DNA of 64,000 nucleotides, from contig JAVZHX010000001.1 of the NCBI GenBank assembly GCA_038871515.1, positions 477,697 through 541,696 on the forward strand. Direction: 5' to 3'. The position numbers and the translations under genes were made by a program. Below, one piece after another: positions 32,787-42,505 of the stretch (the stretch's first letter is position 1; each line of letters opens with the position of its first letter). Origin of the DNA: Candidatus Micrarchaeia archaeon (GTDB lineage: Archaea > Micrarchaeota > Micrarchaeia > Burarchaeales > Fermentimicrarchaeaceae). The notes below the pieces were generated by a model. It searched no databases. It worked only from the letters and a program-made list of their open reading frames with translations, and was not told the DNA's origin.

Positions 32787-33665
32787 TTACTCTCCAACAT
32801 TTTTAACGCTTGCACCTGTTCTCCCCAACAAACCCAATAACTTTATCTCTGGGTATAATGTGATGAGGAGTATTTGAAGCATCACCATAATGGGGATGAG
32901 GATGAGGAGGAGCAATGCACCTATGAAAACACACATTTTATACGTCTGCTCCTCCATCCCACTTAAACCTGCTGCCTGTGGAGGAGTTGTTGCAAGTATC
33001 TCCATCACAGAAATTATTAATGAAAGGATGAGTTGAATGAAGAGGAAGAAAAACACCAGTGATAGAAGAAGCCTTCCGTATGGCTTTGTTGGTGAAAAGA
33101 AGTAAAGGAAAACACCAATTGGGAAAAGCAGAACCCCGAAGGAGATGAAAAAGAAGCGTATTATAAGAAAAACAACGAAGAGAATGAGAAGAGGTAAGAG
33201 GAGGAGGAAAAGCGCAAGCGTTGTTACTGAAGGGTAGCCTACCTCTGGAAAAGGTGCGGTGATAAAATACGCTGAGAGAAGTTGGGAGAGGTTGATAAGA
33301 AGTTTGTATATTGGAAGGGAGAATGCAACAATAAGCATGCTCACCAGGGAGTTCTGTATTGTAATACGCGCATTAACTTGGGACTCCAAACCACCCCCAG
33401 TCATTATCCTCACCCCACTCCATGTTAGTATAAGAAGATACAGGGGGGCGAGAAGGGAAATCAGCTTTGAGTGAACTGAGGAAAGTGGTTCTGTAACCAC
33501 TGGGTTGTATGCAACAAGCTGGTTTGCAAGCGCGATGAAAAGCGAAAGTCCATATTTAAGAAGAGAAAAAAATGTTTCAACAAGCGCATTTGCAATTGCA
33601 TTTGGGTCTGGCCATGCGGCTTGAACAACGCAGATAAGCAGAATGAGAGTTAACAAACGCCTCAT
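32787..33665 (-). CDS. VirB6/TrbL-like polytopic membrane protein
   Basis: Signal peptide-like N-terminus, about 6-7 TM segments, IRFFFISFGVLLFPIGVFLYFFSPTKPYG segment typical of VirB6/TrbL cores. Confidence 0.5.
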   Translation of the reverse strand: MRRLLTLILLICVVQAAWPDPNAIANALVETFFSLLKYGLSLFIALANQLVAYNPVVTEPLSSVHSKLISLLAPLYLLILTWSGVRIMTGGGLESQVNARITIQNSLVSMLIVAFSLPIYKLLINLSQLLSAYFITAPFPEVGYPSVTTLALFLLLLPLLILFVVFLIIRFFFISFGVLLFPIGVFLYFFSPTKPYGRLLLSLVFFFLFIQLILSLIISVMEILATTPPQAAGLSGMEEQTYKMCVFIGALLLLILIPIMVMLQILLITLYPEIKLLGLLGRTGASVKNVGE

Positions 33666-35116
33666 CCACTCACCCTCCTAAAACCAATATAGCTTATAAC
33701 TAGAATAAAAAGGAATGCCAAAAGGGAGAGCATGTATGTAATTTCTGAGGAGTTATACACAGCTACATTGCCCCTTGCACTGACTTCGGAAAACACCCCA
33801 TCATACTCCGAAGTCACCTCAACAAGACTCTGGTTTGCTTTTAAAATAAAACTTGCTTCCCCTTCTTCATTCGTTTCACCAAAGAATCTCTTTCCTGAAT
33901 AGTTCACTGCAACTCTCTTTTGCTTCACTTCTGTTCCATTATAAGTTAATCTAACTATTGCTCTGAACTCCATGCCCTCCTCCACAAACTTTGGAAGGAG
34001 AAGCTCAATTTTTGGGTTCAAAGGACATGAAGCATTCAAATTCACTTCATGCTTCCTCCCGAATAAGTCAGTTATGACAAGAGATGGCTTTCCAATTTCA
34101 TCTCTTGGAACCCCCGAGAAGTTTATAAAAACAGAGTTGTTTGAAACAGCAAAGCTGCTTAACATTCTCTCAGAAAACTCGTGCTGAATGGGTATGCTAA
34201 CCACTTCCAAAACATTGTGAGGTTTCATAACAGGCAAAACATCTAACTCCCTCAAACGAAGAGTTAAATTTGCTTTTTGGAATGAAAGAAAAAGAGACTG
34301 AACAGAAGGAGTGAAGTTAACTGAAAGATTGCCTTTCGCAGTTCTAAGCGGTTCATCCGGGCAGCTCAGCATACGCAAATCAGCCGATGCGTTTAACTGG
34401 TAAACTTTCTTTCTAACCGAGTCGCTCACCACAATCTGCTCAGCAATGTTTCTGCTTCCCTGAAACTCGCAGGAGCAGCACATAACGCACTCCTCCTCAC
34501 CGCAGCAGTAGCAAGCGCTTGAATACATATCCTCCTTTACATTCACAAATACACTCAGCTCAGCCTTTACGTTCAACTCAGTTGAATTTATTTTATAATT
34601 CGCAATCTCACTCCCCGCATTCTTATCATTAATATAAACTGACAGATTATGAGCTGAATCCAGCAAAGTATAAACCGCTCCGCAGTCTGGGTAGGAGTTT
34701 GACGCGCTGGCTGGAAGTTCAACTGAGTAGTTATACCTTGTGAGCACCTCCCCTTCTGGCAGAGCCCAGCTTTCATTATCAATGATGGATGGAATAACTG
34801 CAATTACGCGAACCCAGGCATCCTTCACAAACGCGCCACTTTTCAAGTTTGTTTCATTTGGAGGACAAGAGAAGGGAAGAAGCAAGTTGTATTCTCTTGT
34901 TTTTTGTAGCAGAGGGGAGTTGCCGAATGCATTGTGAATGAGCAGATAGAACTTCTCCTCAGCAGATATGTTCTGGTTGTATATTTCAATATTCGTCTCA
35001 TCGCTCATATTGAAAAAAGATGGGTTTACGCCAAGCGCAGGGTCAATTTCGCTTAAACAAGCGGCGACTTCATTTATAAGAAAAAGAAACACAATCAGTT
35101 CTAACTTTCCCACCAC
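33662..35116 (-). CDS. Secreted, C-terminally membrane-anchored Cys-rich protein
   Basis: Signal peptide, many N-x-S/T sequons, CYCCGEEECVMCCSC cluster, Ig-like C-terminal region and a terminal TM helix. Confidence 0.65.
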   Translation of the reverse strand: MVGKLELIVFLFLINEVAACLSEIDPALGVNPSFFNMSDETNIEIYNQNISAEEKFYLLIHNAFGNSPLLQKTREYNLLLPFSCPPNETNLKSGAFVKDAWVRVIAVIPSIIDNESWALPEGEVLTRYNYSVELPASASNSYPDCGAVYTLLDSAHNLSVYINDKNAGSEIANYKINSTELNVKAELSVFVNVKEDMYSSACYCCGEEECVMCCSCEFQGSRNIAEQIVVSDSVRKKVYQLNASADLRMLSCPDEPLRTAKGNLSVNFTPSVQSLFLSFQKANLTLRLRELDVLPVMKPHNVLEVVSIPIQHEFSERMLSSFAVSNNSVFINFSGVPRDEIGKPSLVITDLFGRKHEVNLNASCPLNPKIELLLPKFVEEGMEFRAIVRLTYNGTEVKQKRVAVNYSGKRFFGETNEEGEASFILKANQSLVEVTSEYDGVFSEVSARGNVAVYNSSEITYMLSLLAFLFILVISYIGFRRVSG

Positions 35117-35122
35117 ACCCCC

Positions 35123-36169
35123 CTAATAAACAACCTTCTCCAACTTTTTTAACTTCACAGCTTTCTTTATCTCCATCGCAATTCTCCTTCCAGTGCTCAC
35201 TGGCTTGTTGTAAAGATAGCAGCTGTAAGGCGAGCCGGTTGGATATAAATTTGTCCCTGCAACTATTCTGGCAGAAATCTCAAACGCGTAGAACTTCAAA
35301 TCATCAGTGCATATCATCTCAACGCAGAAAGGACCTGTTAAACCACCAAAAAGCTTGTATGAGGATTCAACAACTCTCGCCCCCATCTCCATTATCTCCC
35401 TCACCAGGGACTCCCTCAGGGTGATTGGCTCATTTCCTATAACAGTGAAACTTGGCTTAATTTTAACTCCAGCAAGCGTTGCCCTGTAGCTCTCATCAAT
35501 ATTGCTCTCCAATCTTTTGTCTATGCTCATCAACTCCAGCGCACCTCCAGCAATCCCGTAACCTTCCTTTGAAATTGGGGAGAAGAAGTAATGCGGATAA
35601 ACTCTCACCCCAGAAATATACTCCTGAATTATGAACTCCTTCTCCTTAACTTTCTTTCTGAACTCCTCAGGAGAGCTGACAATTGTATACCCCTTCCCAC
35701 CCTTCGCACCAGGAAGCTTAACAATGCACGGCCTGTCTATGTTGGATGGGTTGAAAAGTTTCGGGATGTGCAACCCTGCATCCTTCATCCACTCAAAGAG
35801 TTTATTTCTATCCCCCTCCCAAATTAAACTCATTCTGTTGCCAAACATTGGCACAGCTAAATTCTCAAGCTTCTCACCAACATATTCAACAAACGAGCCA
35901 TGAGGTATTATTATCGCATTCTCATCAACAAGCTCCTTTTCAGGTATCTCCTTGTAGCTGTCAACAATAATATACTCATGGGGTTTTCCGTATGGAAACG
36001 AATCATAAGTTTTTTTGTACTTCTCCAAGCAGATTCCAAGCGTTTTCACCCCTTCCTCCCTTGCTCCGTGAAAAATTTGAAGGGAGCTGTGGGAGCATAT
36101 CGTTGCTATTTTTATTTTTCTTTCGTCATACCCACTTAGAATTGAATGAATTTTTTCCCTTGAAATCAT
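35123..36169 (-). CDS. purP: Formate-dependent FAICAR synthetase (ATP-grasp)
   Basis: IATICSHSSLQI, IPHGSFVEY, GAKGGKGY, FEISARIVAGTN. Confidence 0.92.
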   Translation of the reverse strand: MISREKIHSILSGYDERKIKIATICSHSSLQIFHGAREEGVKTLGICLEKYKKTYDSFPYGKPHEYIIVDSYKEIPEKELVDENAIIIPHGSFVEYVGEKLENLAVPMFGNRMSLIWEGDRNKLFEWMKDAGLHIPKLFNPSNIDRPCIVKLPGAKGGKGYTIVSSPEEFRKKVKEKEFIIQEYISGVRVYPHYFFSPISKEGYGIAGGALELMSIDKRLESNIDESYRATLAGVKIKPSFTVIGNEPITLRESLVREIMEMGARVVESSYKLFGGLTGPFCVEMICTDDLKFYAFEISARIVAGTNLYPTGSPYSCYLYNKPVSTGRRIAMEIKKAVKLKKLEKVVY

Positions 36170-37296
36170 GTTACTACCTCTGCAAGTTTCTTCATTCTGA
36201 ATGCATTCTTCAACTCCATCGCAGTTCTCCTCCCCATGCTTAAACTCTCCCCGTATAAATACTCCGTATAGGGAGTGAATCTAACGCCAGGCGAGCCCGG
36301 AATGCGGAAGCTGACGTCAAAAATAACAATCTCCTCCCCTTTCTCCTCAGCGGTGATTGCTCCTTGGAGTGCAAATGCCCCTATAACACCAGGAGGATAT
36401 TCCTTTCTGCACGTTTCAACAAACCTCTCCCCAACCTCAAAAACTTTTTCAAGTATGCTCTCCCTTAACGTGCAGGCAACATGCCCAATTTCAATATTGC
36501 TCATCCTTATATGTTTCAGCACTTCAAGTTGCTCGCTTGCAGGCAGCTTCAGCAACCCATCCAAATTTGTCTGTCTTCTCGTATCCGTCCCAATAAGCTC
36601 AAGCTCCTCATTAAGCGGGGAGTAAAAGAAGTTGAAGTTGTATTGCGCTCCAACTACAAACTCCTCAATTGGAGCTTTTCTCAAACCATCCTCACTAATC
36701 ACTCCTTTTCTCAGCATCTCACTGCTTTTCCTCTCATACTCCTCCTCTGAGCTTGCGAAGAAGAAAGCTCTCTCATAGCTTCTTCTTGCTTCGCTTGCTT
36801 TCACAAGCACCAATCTGTCTATCTCGGATGGTTTTGCGAATGTTTTCGGAATACGGATACCTGCTTTTTTGAGGAGATAAATCTGATTTTTTGGTTCATT
36901 CCTCTCCTCAGCCCTTAGAAGGAATCTATTCCCAAAAATTGGAACCTCAAATTTATTTTCAATTGCATCGTAACCAACGTAAACTGAGAAGGAGCGGTGA
37001 GGTATAAAGATAACATTCTTTTTCTGCAACTCCTTCACAACTTTTGGAGTTGCTATTTCTGAAAATTTATCAAGAAGCATAACCTCATCAACGCACCCAA
37101 CAGCTCTGCCAAACCTCTTCCTCGTTGAATAATACTTCTGATAGGTTCTCTCCCTCCCTTTCTGGCAAACCACAAGCGTTCTAACTCCCTCCCTCTTTGC
37201 GCCCTCGCATATATCCAAAGCAGAGTGGGAGCCAAGGGTAGCAATGGTGAAACTTCTGTAAGAACTAGCCAGTTTTCTTATACTTGAAACCTCCAT
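36166..37296 (-). CDS. PurP-like ATP-grasp paralogue
   Basis: LGSHSALDI, IPHRSF, ERAFF, DTRRQTN, FDVSFRIPGSPG. Confidence 0.88.
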   Translation of the reverse strand: MEVSSIRKLASSYRSFTIATLGSHSALDICEGAKREGVRTLVVCQKGRERTYQKYYSTRKRFGRAVGCVDEVMLLDKFSEIATPKVVKELQKKNVIFIPHRSFSVYVGYDAIENKFEVPIFGNRFLLRAEERNEPKNQIYLLKKAGIRIPKTFAKPSEIDRLVLVKASEARRSYERAFFFASSEEEYERKSSEMLRKGVISEDGLRKAPIEEFVVGAQYNFNFFYSPLNEELELIGTDTRRQTNLDGLLKLPASEQLEVLKHIRMSNIEIGHVACTLRESILEKVFEVGERFVETCRKEYPPGVIGAFALQGAITAEEKGEEIVIFDVSFRIPGSPGVRFTPYTEYLYGESLSMGRRTAMELKNAFRMKKLAEVVT

Positions 37297-37374
37297 TAAT
37301 TCTATATACGAAACGGGTTTTTTAATGTTTTCCTCAATGAAAGATTTTTTATACTAACCACCAAATACAATACT

Positions 37375-38334
37375 ATGGTGTTTGAACCAAAGCAATTCAT
37401 AGATGATGCAGTAAGAGAAATAAGAAGGACGGTGGGTGAGGGAAAAGCAATTGTTGCTGTTTCTGGGGGAGTGGACAGCACAGTCACAGCTGTTTTGATG
37501 AGCATGGCGCTTGGGAAGAAGTGCGTTGCAGTTTTTGTTGATACTGGCTTTATGAGAAAAGGGGAGCCGGAAAGCATAAGGGAGCTTGCAAGCAATATAA
37601 ATATGAATTTGAGGTTTGTTGATGCGAGAAAGAAATTCTTCTCTGCTTTGAAAGGAGTAAAAGACCCGGAGAAGAAGAGAAAAATTATTGGAGAACTTTT
37701 CATAAAAATTTTTGAAAAAATTGCAAAGGAGGAGAAAGCAAAGTTCCTTGGGCAGGGAACGCTTGCGCCTGACTGGATTGAGTCCGGAGCAGGGATGAGG
37801 GCAACGATAAAAACACATCACAATGTTGGAGGTTTGCCGAAGTGGATGAAGCTGAAGCTTGTTGAGCCTGTGAGGGAGCTGTATAAGGATGAGGTGAGGA
37901 AGGTTGCCAGGGAGCTTGGCTTGCCAGAGAAAATATGCAACAGACAGCCCTTCCCAGGCCCTGGGCTTGCGATAAGAGTTGTTGGGGAGGTTACACCTGA
38001 AAAAGTTGAAATTGTCAGGGAAGCATGCGCGATTGTTGAGGAGGAGATTGAAGCTGCTGCTGCAAGAGGGGAGATGGAGCTTCCTTGGCAGTATTTTGCA
38101 GTGCTGCTTCCTTCAAGGAGCGTTGGAGTGCTCGGAGACGCAAGAGCATATGGCTATGTTGTTGCGGTTAGAGCAGTCAACAGCGTTGATGCGATGACTG
38201 CGCAGTATTCCCGTATACCCGACACGGTTCTTGAAAGTATATCAAACAGAATAACAAGGGAGTTGAAGCAGCACGTGAACAGAGTTGTTTATGATATAAC
38301 GAGCAAACCGCCTTCATGCATAGAGTGGGAATGA
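37375..38334 (+). CDS. guaAB: GMP synthase ATP-pyrophosphatase subunit
   Basis: SGGVDS, DPEKKRKIIG, IKTHHNV, PFPGPGL, YDITSKPP..IEWE. Confidence 0.96.
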   Translation: MVFEPKQFIDDAVREIRRTVGEGKAIVAVSGGVDSTVTAVLMSMALGKKCVAVFVDTGFMRKGEPESIRELASNINMNLRFVDARKKFFSALKGVKDPEKKRKIIGELFIKIFEKIAKEEKAKFLGQGTLAPDWIESGAGMRATIKTHHNVGGLPKWMKLKLVEPVRELYKDEVRKVARELGLPEKICNRQPFPGPGLAIRVVGEVTPEKVEIVREACAIVEEEIEAAAARGEMELPWQYFAVLLPSRSVGVLGDARAYGYVVAVRAVNSVDAMTAQYSRIPDTVLESISNRITRELKQHVNRVVYDITSKPPSCIEWE

Positions 38335-38900
38335 TGAGAATACTTGTTGTTGATTTGGGCTCGCAGTGGACGCATAGAATATTGAGAACTTTGAAATACA
38401 TAGGGGTGGATTCACAGATAATCTCGTGCAAAACTCCTCTTTCTGAGATAGATGCGGATGGGCTTGTTCTCTCAGGAGGAGCGATAAGAATTGGATTGGG
38501 TGAAGTTAAGGAGTTAAAGGAAGTTTCAAACTACCTTGAAAAATTTGGCAAGCCAATACTTGGGATATGCGCTGGGCATCAGTTCATTGGAATGCACTTT
38601 GGAGGAAAGGCGCAGCCATCACCAAAGCCGGAGTATGGAAAGGTTGAGCTGTTTGTTGATGAGGAGGATGATCTGTTCAAAGGGTTGCCAAAAAAGTTTG
38701 TTGTCTGGGCTTCGCATAACGATGAGGTTGTTGACGTGCCCGACTTCAAAGTTCTCGCTCACTCAAAGGATTGCTCAAACCATGCGATGAAACACAAGAG
38801 CAAACCCATATACGGCTGCATCTTCCACCCAGAAGTGGAGCATACGGAATACGGAGAGAAAGTATACTCAAACTTCATGAGTGTTTGTAGGAAATGGTGA
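38331..38900 (+). CDS. guaAA: GMP synthase glutamine amidotransferase subunit
   Basis: DLGSQWTH, GICAGHQ, SHND, FHPEV. Confidence 0.95.
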   Translation: MMRILVVDLGSQWTHRILRTLKYIGVDSQIISCKTPLSEIDADGLVLSGGAIRIGLGEVKELKEVSNYLEKFGKPILGICAGHQFIGMHFGGKAQPSPKPEYGKVELFVDEEDDLFKGLPKKFVVWASHNDEVVDVPDFKVLAHSKDCSNHAMKHKSKPIYGCIFHPEVEHTEYGEKVYSNFMSVCRKW

Positions 38901-39454
38901 TAAACTTGAAACTTGCAAGACGCAGAATCCCAAGGCATCACAGATTCCTATTGTTTTTTCTCGTTCTTCTCTCCTCTCTATGGCTGTGGCTCTCAGGAAC
39001 TATTGAGAAATTTGTCCTGGGGCTTGGGGATTACGGATACCTTGGAGCGCTTGTTGGAGGATTCTTCTACACGTACGGGGTAACCTCCCCCTTCTCTGTT
39101 GTTCTCTTTGCTGCGCTGGCAGAAACGCTTAACCCAACAGTTGCAGCATTGCTTGGCGGTTTTGGCGCAATGATAAGTGATTACCTAATTTTCAAAAGTG
39201 TTGAGGATGCTCTGAGAAAACCAATAACAATAAACCACCACAAAATAAAAATTCCAAGAATAAAATCAAGGTTGTTTTTCCTTCTCTCCATCCCTCTTGC
39301 AGCTGTTATAATCGGCTCCCCTCTTCCTGATGAACTTGCCGCAGCACTCCTTGGTTATGAGGAGCTTGATGACAGAGCATTCCTGCTCCTCTCATTTGCT
39401 TTCAATTCACTTGGGTTGTTTTCCATAATACTGCTGGCAAGGTTGTTTGTATAA
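38894..39454 (+). CDS. VTT/DedA-like membrane protein
   Basis: GG.GAMISD..IF and SPLPDE motifs; hydrophobic. Confidence 0.6.
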   Translation: MVINLKLARRRIPRHHRFLLFFLVLLSSLWLWLSGTIEKFVLGLGDYGYLGALVGGFFYTYGVTSPFSVVLFAALAETLNPTVAALLGGFGAMISDYLIFKSVEDALRKPITINHHKIKIPRIKSRLFFLLSIPLAAVIIGSPLPDELAAALLGYEELDDRAFLLLSFAFNSLGLFSIILLARLFV

Positions 39455-39487
39455 AAATATAAAATAACGAGTGCATAATTTAAGTGC

Positions 39488-39572
39488 GCAGGGGTGGCGG
39501 AGCCTGGTCAAACGCGACAGACTCAAGATCTGTTGGCTTAGGCCTGCGAGAGTTCAAATCTCTCCCCCTGCA
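39488..39572 (+). tRNA. tRNA-Leu(CAA)
   Basis: Acceptor stem GCAGGGG/CCCCTGC, anticodon arm ACAGA-CTCAAGA-TCTGT, long variable arm, T-arm GAGAG-TTCAAAT-CTCTC, discriminator A. Confidence 0.96.
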
Positions 39573-39666
39573 TTCCATATAATTTATACCATTACTTTCC
39601 TTCTAATAAATATCAATTTGCAGTATGCTCGGTATAGTTCTTGTCCTACCCCGCACCTATTAAATC

Positions 39667-39717
39667 TACCCTTACATTCACGATTAAAAAGCAAATATTT
39701 ATAAATATGTAAGGGTA
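39667..39717. promoter_or_regulatory. 11-bp inverted repeat flanking the fic TATA box (putative operator)
   Basis: TACCCTTACAT (39667-39677) and ATGTAAGGGTA (39707-39717) bracket the palindromic ATATTTATAAATAT. Confidence 0.55.
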
Positions 39718-39728
39718 AATAACCCATC

Positions 39729-40625
39729 ATGGTAACCATAAAGAAGAAGCTAGTTGGGACAAGGGAATATTACTATCTTCAGCATACCATCAGAACCAAG
39801 AACGGAGTTAAAACCAAAGAGAGATACCTGGGCACTCAAATCCCAAAGAATATTGAAAAAATCAAGCTAGACTTTCTCACCCAAATTTACAAGGAGCGCT
39901 GGTATCCAATTCTTGACAGAATCCGAGCGAATTACTTGGAGGAGCACCGCAAGATGCCAAAAAGCCTGATAGAAAAGCAGATTCATTTATTCTCAGTTAA
40001 GTTCACCTATGATACAAATAGGATTGAAGGTTCTAAACTAACTTACCGAGAAACTGCTGATCTTTTAGAGCGAGGTTTGACTCCCAAAGCGAAATCGCTT
40101 GATGATATAAAAGAAGCAGAAGCACATGAGAAAGTTTTTTACGAGATGCTCAACTGCGGTAAAGAGCTGTCATTGCAATTAGTCCTATCCTGGCACAAAA
40201 AGATGTTTGCTGAAACCAAACCCGACATTGCTGGTCGTATTAGGGAGCACCAAGTTGCCATATCGGGAAGTAAATTTATGCCACCCAGCCCAGCTGAGGT
40301 TCGGCCATTACTTCAGGAGTTCTTCCGTTGGTATAACAGAAATAAAAAAAAGCTCCATCCAGTTGAGCTTGCTGCTTCTGTTCACCTTAAGTTTGTCACA
40401 ATCCATCCCTTTGCTGATGGGAATGGCAGAATTGGCAGACTTCTGATGAACTTCGTGTTGCAGAAGCATGGCTTTCCGCTCCTTAACATACCTTACGAGA
40501 ATAGAGGAAGCTATTACAATGCACTCGAGCGCTCGCAGATCAAGAAGAATAACAGCATTTTCATCCACTGGTTGTTTAGGAGATATGTAAAAGAGCACAA
40601 AGCATATGCAAGTGAGAAGCGTTAG
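39729..40625 (+). CDS. Fic-domain protein (AMPylase-like) with internal inhibitory helix
   Basis: HPFADGNGRIGR catalytic motif; TNRIEG matches the (S/T)xxxE(G/N) inhibitory motif. Confidence 0.93.
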   Translation: MVTIKKKLVGTREYYYLQHTIRTKNGVKTKERYLGTQIPKNIEKIKLDFLTQIYKERWYPILDRIRANYLEEHRKMPKSLIEKQIHLFSVKFTYDTNRIEGSKLTYRETADLLERGLTPKAKSLDDIKEAEAHEKVFYEMLNCGKELSLQLVLSWHKKMFAETKPDIAGRIREHQVAISGSKFMPPSPAEVRPLLQEFFRWYNRNKKKLHPVELAASVHLKFVTIHPFADGNGRIGRLLMNFVLQKHGFPLLNIPYENRGSYYNALERSQIKKNNSIFIHWLFRRYVKEHKAYASEKR

Positions 40626-40709
40626 ACTCCAGAGTAACTACCTTTCCCGCTATTAACGACATAAGGGCAGTATTAAATACCACCTCGTAGATATCTGGTT
40701 GGTGGTCTC

Positions 40710-41534
40710 ATGGTGGATATTCTCAGCATTATAAATAATGCGTATTTGCTCTATAAGGAAAACTGGAGGAGTGTGATAACTGCTTTTGCAGTTATTTTTC
40801 TCATAACCTTTGTTTTTGGAATAATCAACTTTGTTGTTCAATTACCTGGCTCTTTTATATGCGATGAGGGTTCTCCTTTTGCAGAGAACGCCGTTCTAGT
40901 GCTTCTCTTCTGTGTAAGTCCAGCAATACTGCAGATAATCACCAGCGTATTTGAAACCCTCATAACAATTATAATCCATATGGCAGTTCTAAAACCATTT
41001 GATGAGATGGCGGCTGGAAAACCAATCTCAAGCTGGACTTTTGGTTTTATCAATCAAGCAGGAAATGCCCTTCTCGTAATTATCTTCAGAGTAATCGTCT
41101 TTGGAGTCTCCTACACTCCATTTGTAATAACGCTCATACCATTTATACCTGCTCTCATAGCTTCAAAAGGAAGTATAGAAGTTTTGCTTGGCGGAGGAGC
41201 AGCCCTGCTGATAACATTTTTACTGGGAGTTTTTCTCTCCATAGTTCTAAACCTTCTTCTCTGTTTTCTCGAAATTGAAGTTGCAGTTGGAGGCAACGGA
41301 ATTCTTGATGCAGCAGCGAAGTCAGCAGGGCTTGTGACAAGCAACTTTTTTGATGTTATTCTCTTTGCGGCACTATGGTTTTTCATAGGGATTGGCATCG
41401 GTTTGATAACCACCATTATGGCATGCACAGTCTGCCTTCTTCCACTTGCGTGGCTGATACCTTCATTTATAGTGGGACCAGTAGAGCTTCTCTCCAAAGT
41501 TATCTTGTGGAGGAGGTTGAAAAACTTAGGTTAG
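40710..41534 (+). CDS. Hypothetical polytopic membrane protein
   Basis: About 6 TM segments; GILDAAAKSAGLV motif seen in GDPD-anchor-like membrane families. Confidence 0.6.
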   Translation: MVDILSIINNAYLLYKENWRSVITAFAVIFLITFVFGIINFVVQLPGSFICDEGSPFAENAVLVLLFCVSPAILQIITSVFETLITIIIHMAVLKPFDEMAAGKPISSWTFGFINQAGNALLVIIFRVIVFGVSYTPFVITLIPFIPALIASKGSIEVLLGGGAALLITFLLGVFLSIVLNLLLCFLEIEVAVGGNGILDAAAKSAGLVTSNFFDVILFAALWFFIGIGIGLITTIMACTVCLLPLAWLIPSFIVGPVELLSKVILWRRLKNLG

Positions 41535-42500
41535 CAAACTGTCAACAACAAAAAGAGATGAAAACTCTCTCAAATCATCCAGCTCCTGCCCCACCCCAAA
41601 GTAGAGAATTGGTTTTTTTGTTGAGTAGTAAATTGAAAGAGCAGCCCCTCCCTTTTCATCAACATCTGCTTTTGTCAGAATAACTCCATCAATTCCAATT
41701 GCTTTATCAAATTCCTTAACCTGCTCAATAACTGAATTACCCGCAACTGCCTCACCAACATATATTTTTAAATCCGGTTTTATCACCCTGTTCATTTTCT
41801 CAAGCTCCTTCATAAGATTCCTGCTTGTCTCCTGTCTCCCAGCCGTGTCAACAAGAACTGCGTTCACTCCTTTTGCTTTCGCGTGTGCAACCGCATTCCA
41901 GACAACAGATGTTGGGTCTGAGCCATACTGCCCCCCAATAACTTTAACGCCAACTCTCTTCCCCCAAACTTCTGCCTGCTCCTGTGAGGCAGCCCTCCAG
42001 GTATCTGCCGCTGCTATCACACAAGAAACCCCATTCATTTTTAGAAGGTTAGCAATTTTCGCAATTGAAGTTGTTTTGCCAGAACCGTTCGGCCCAATAA
42101 ACAAAACAACGAAGGGCGCACCCGAAGATGCTTTCTGCTTTGCCATTCCAACTAAATCCGGCTTCTCCTTTTCCATAATTTCAAGCAGAGTTTTCCTTAT
42201 CACTTCATTCACCGTTTTGTCCACTTCATTCTTCCTAACTCGCTTTCCAACAAGCTCCCCCCTGAGCTTCTTTGCTATTCCATTTGCAGCTTCATACGCA
42301 ACGTCTGCTTCAAGAAGGGAGAGCTCAAGCTCTTCCAGCAAACCACTTACATCTTTTTCCCTTATCTCAACTTCCTGTGAAAGAACACTCCTAACTTTCG
42401 TTTCAAGGCTGAGCTTCACTTCTTTTTGTGGCTGCTCCTCAACTTTTTTTGAAATTGATTTGACAAACGAGGAAAGTTTGTCTTTGAGTAAATTGAACAT
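41526..42500 (-). CDS. ftsY: SRP receptor FtsY
   Basis: GPNGSGKTT, DTWRAA, DTAGR, TKAD..KGG. Confidence 0.96.
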   Translation of the reverse strand: MFNLLKDKLSSFVKSISKKVEEQPQKEVKLSLETKVRSVLSQEVEIREKDVSGLLEELELSLLEADVAYEAANGIAKKLRGELVGKRVRKNEVDKTVNEVIRKTLLEIMEKEKPDLVGMAKQKASSGAPFVVLFIGPNGSGKTTSIAKIANLLKMNGVSCVIAAADTWRAASQEQAEVWGKRVGVKVIGGQYGSDPTSVVWNAVAHAKAKGVNAVLVDTAGRQETSRNLMKELEKMNRVIKPDLKIYVGEAVAGNSVIEQVKEFDKAIGIDGVILTKADVDEKGGAALSIYYSTKKPILYFGVGQELDDLREFSSLFVVDSLLT

Positions 42501-42505
42501 TCAAA

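Noticed and set aside
39471..39704. ORFs overlapping RNA genes (also 45574-45801 and 47748-47930)
   Set aside because: They overlap tRNA-Leu, tRNA-Ile and 5S rRNA and show no protein features.
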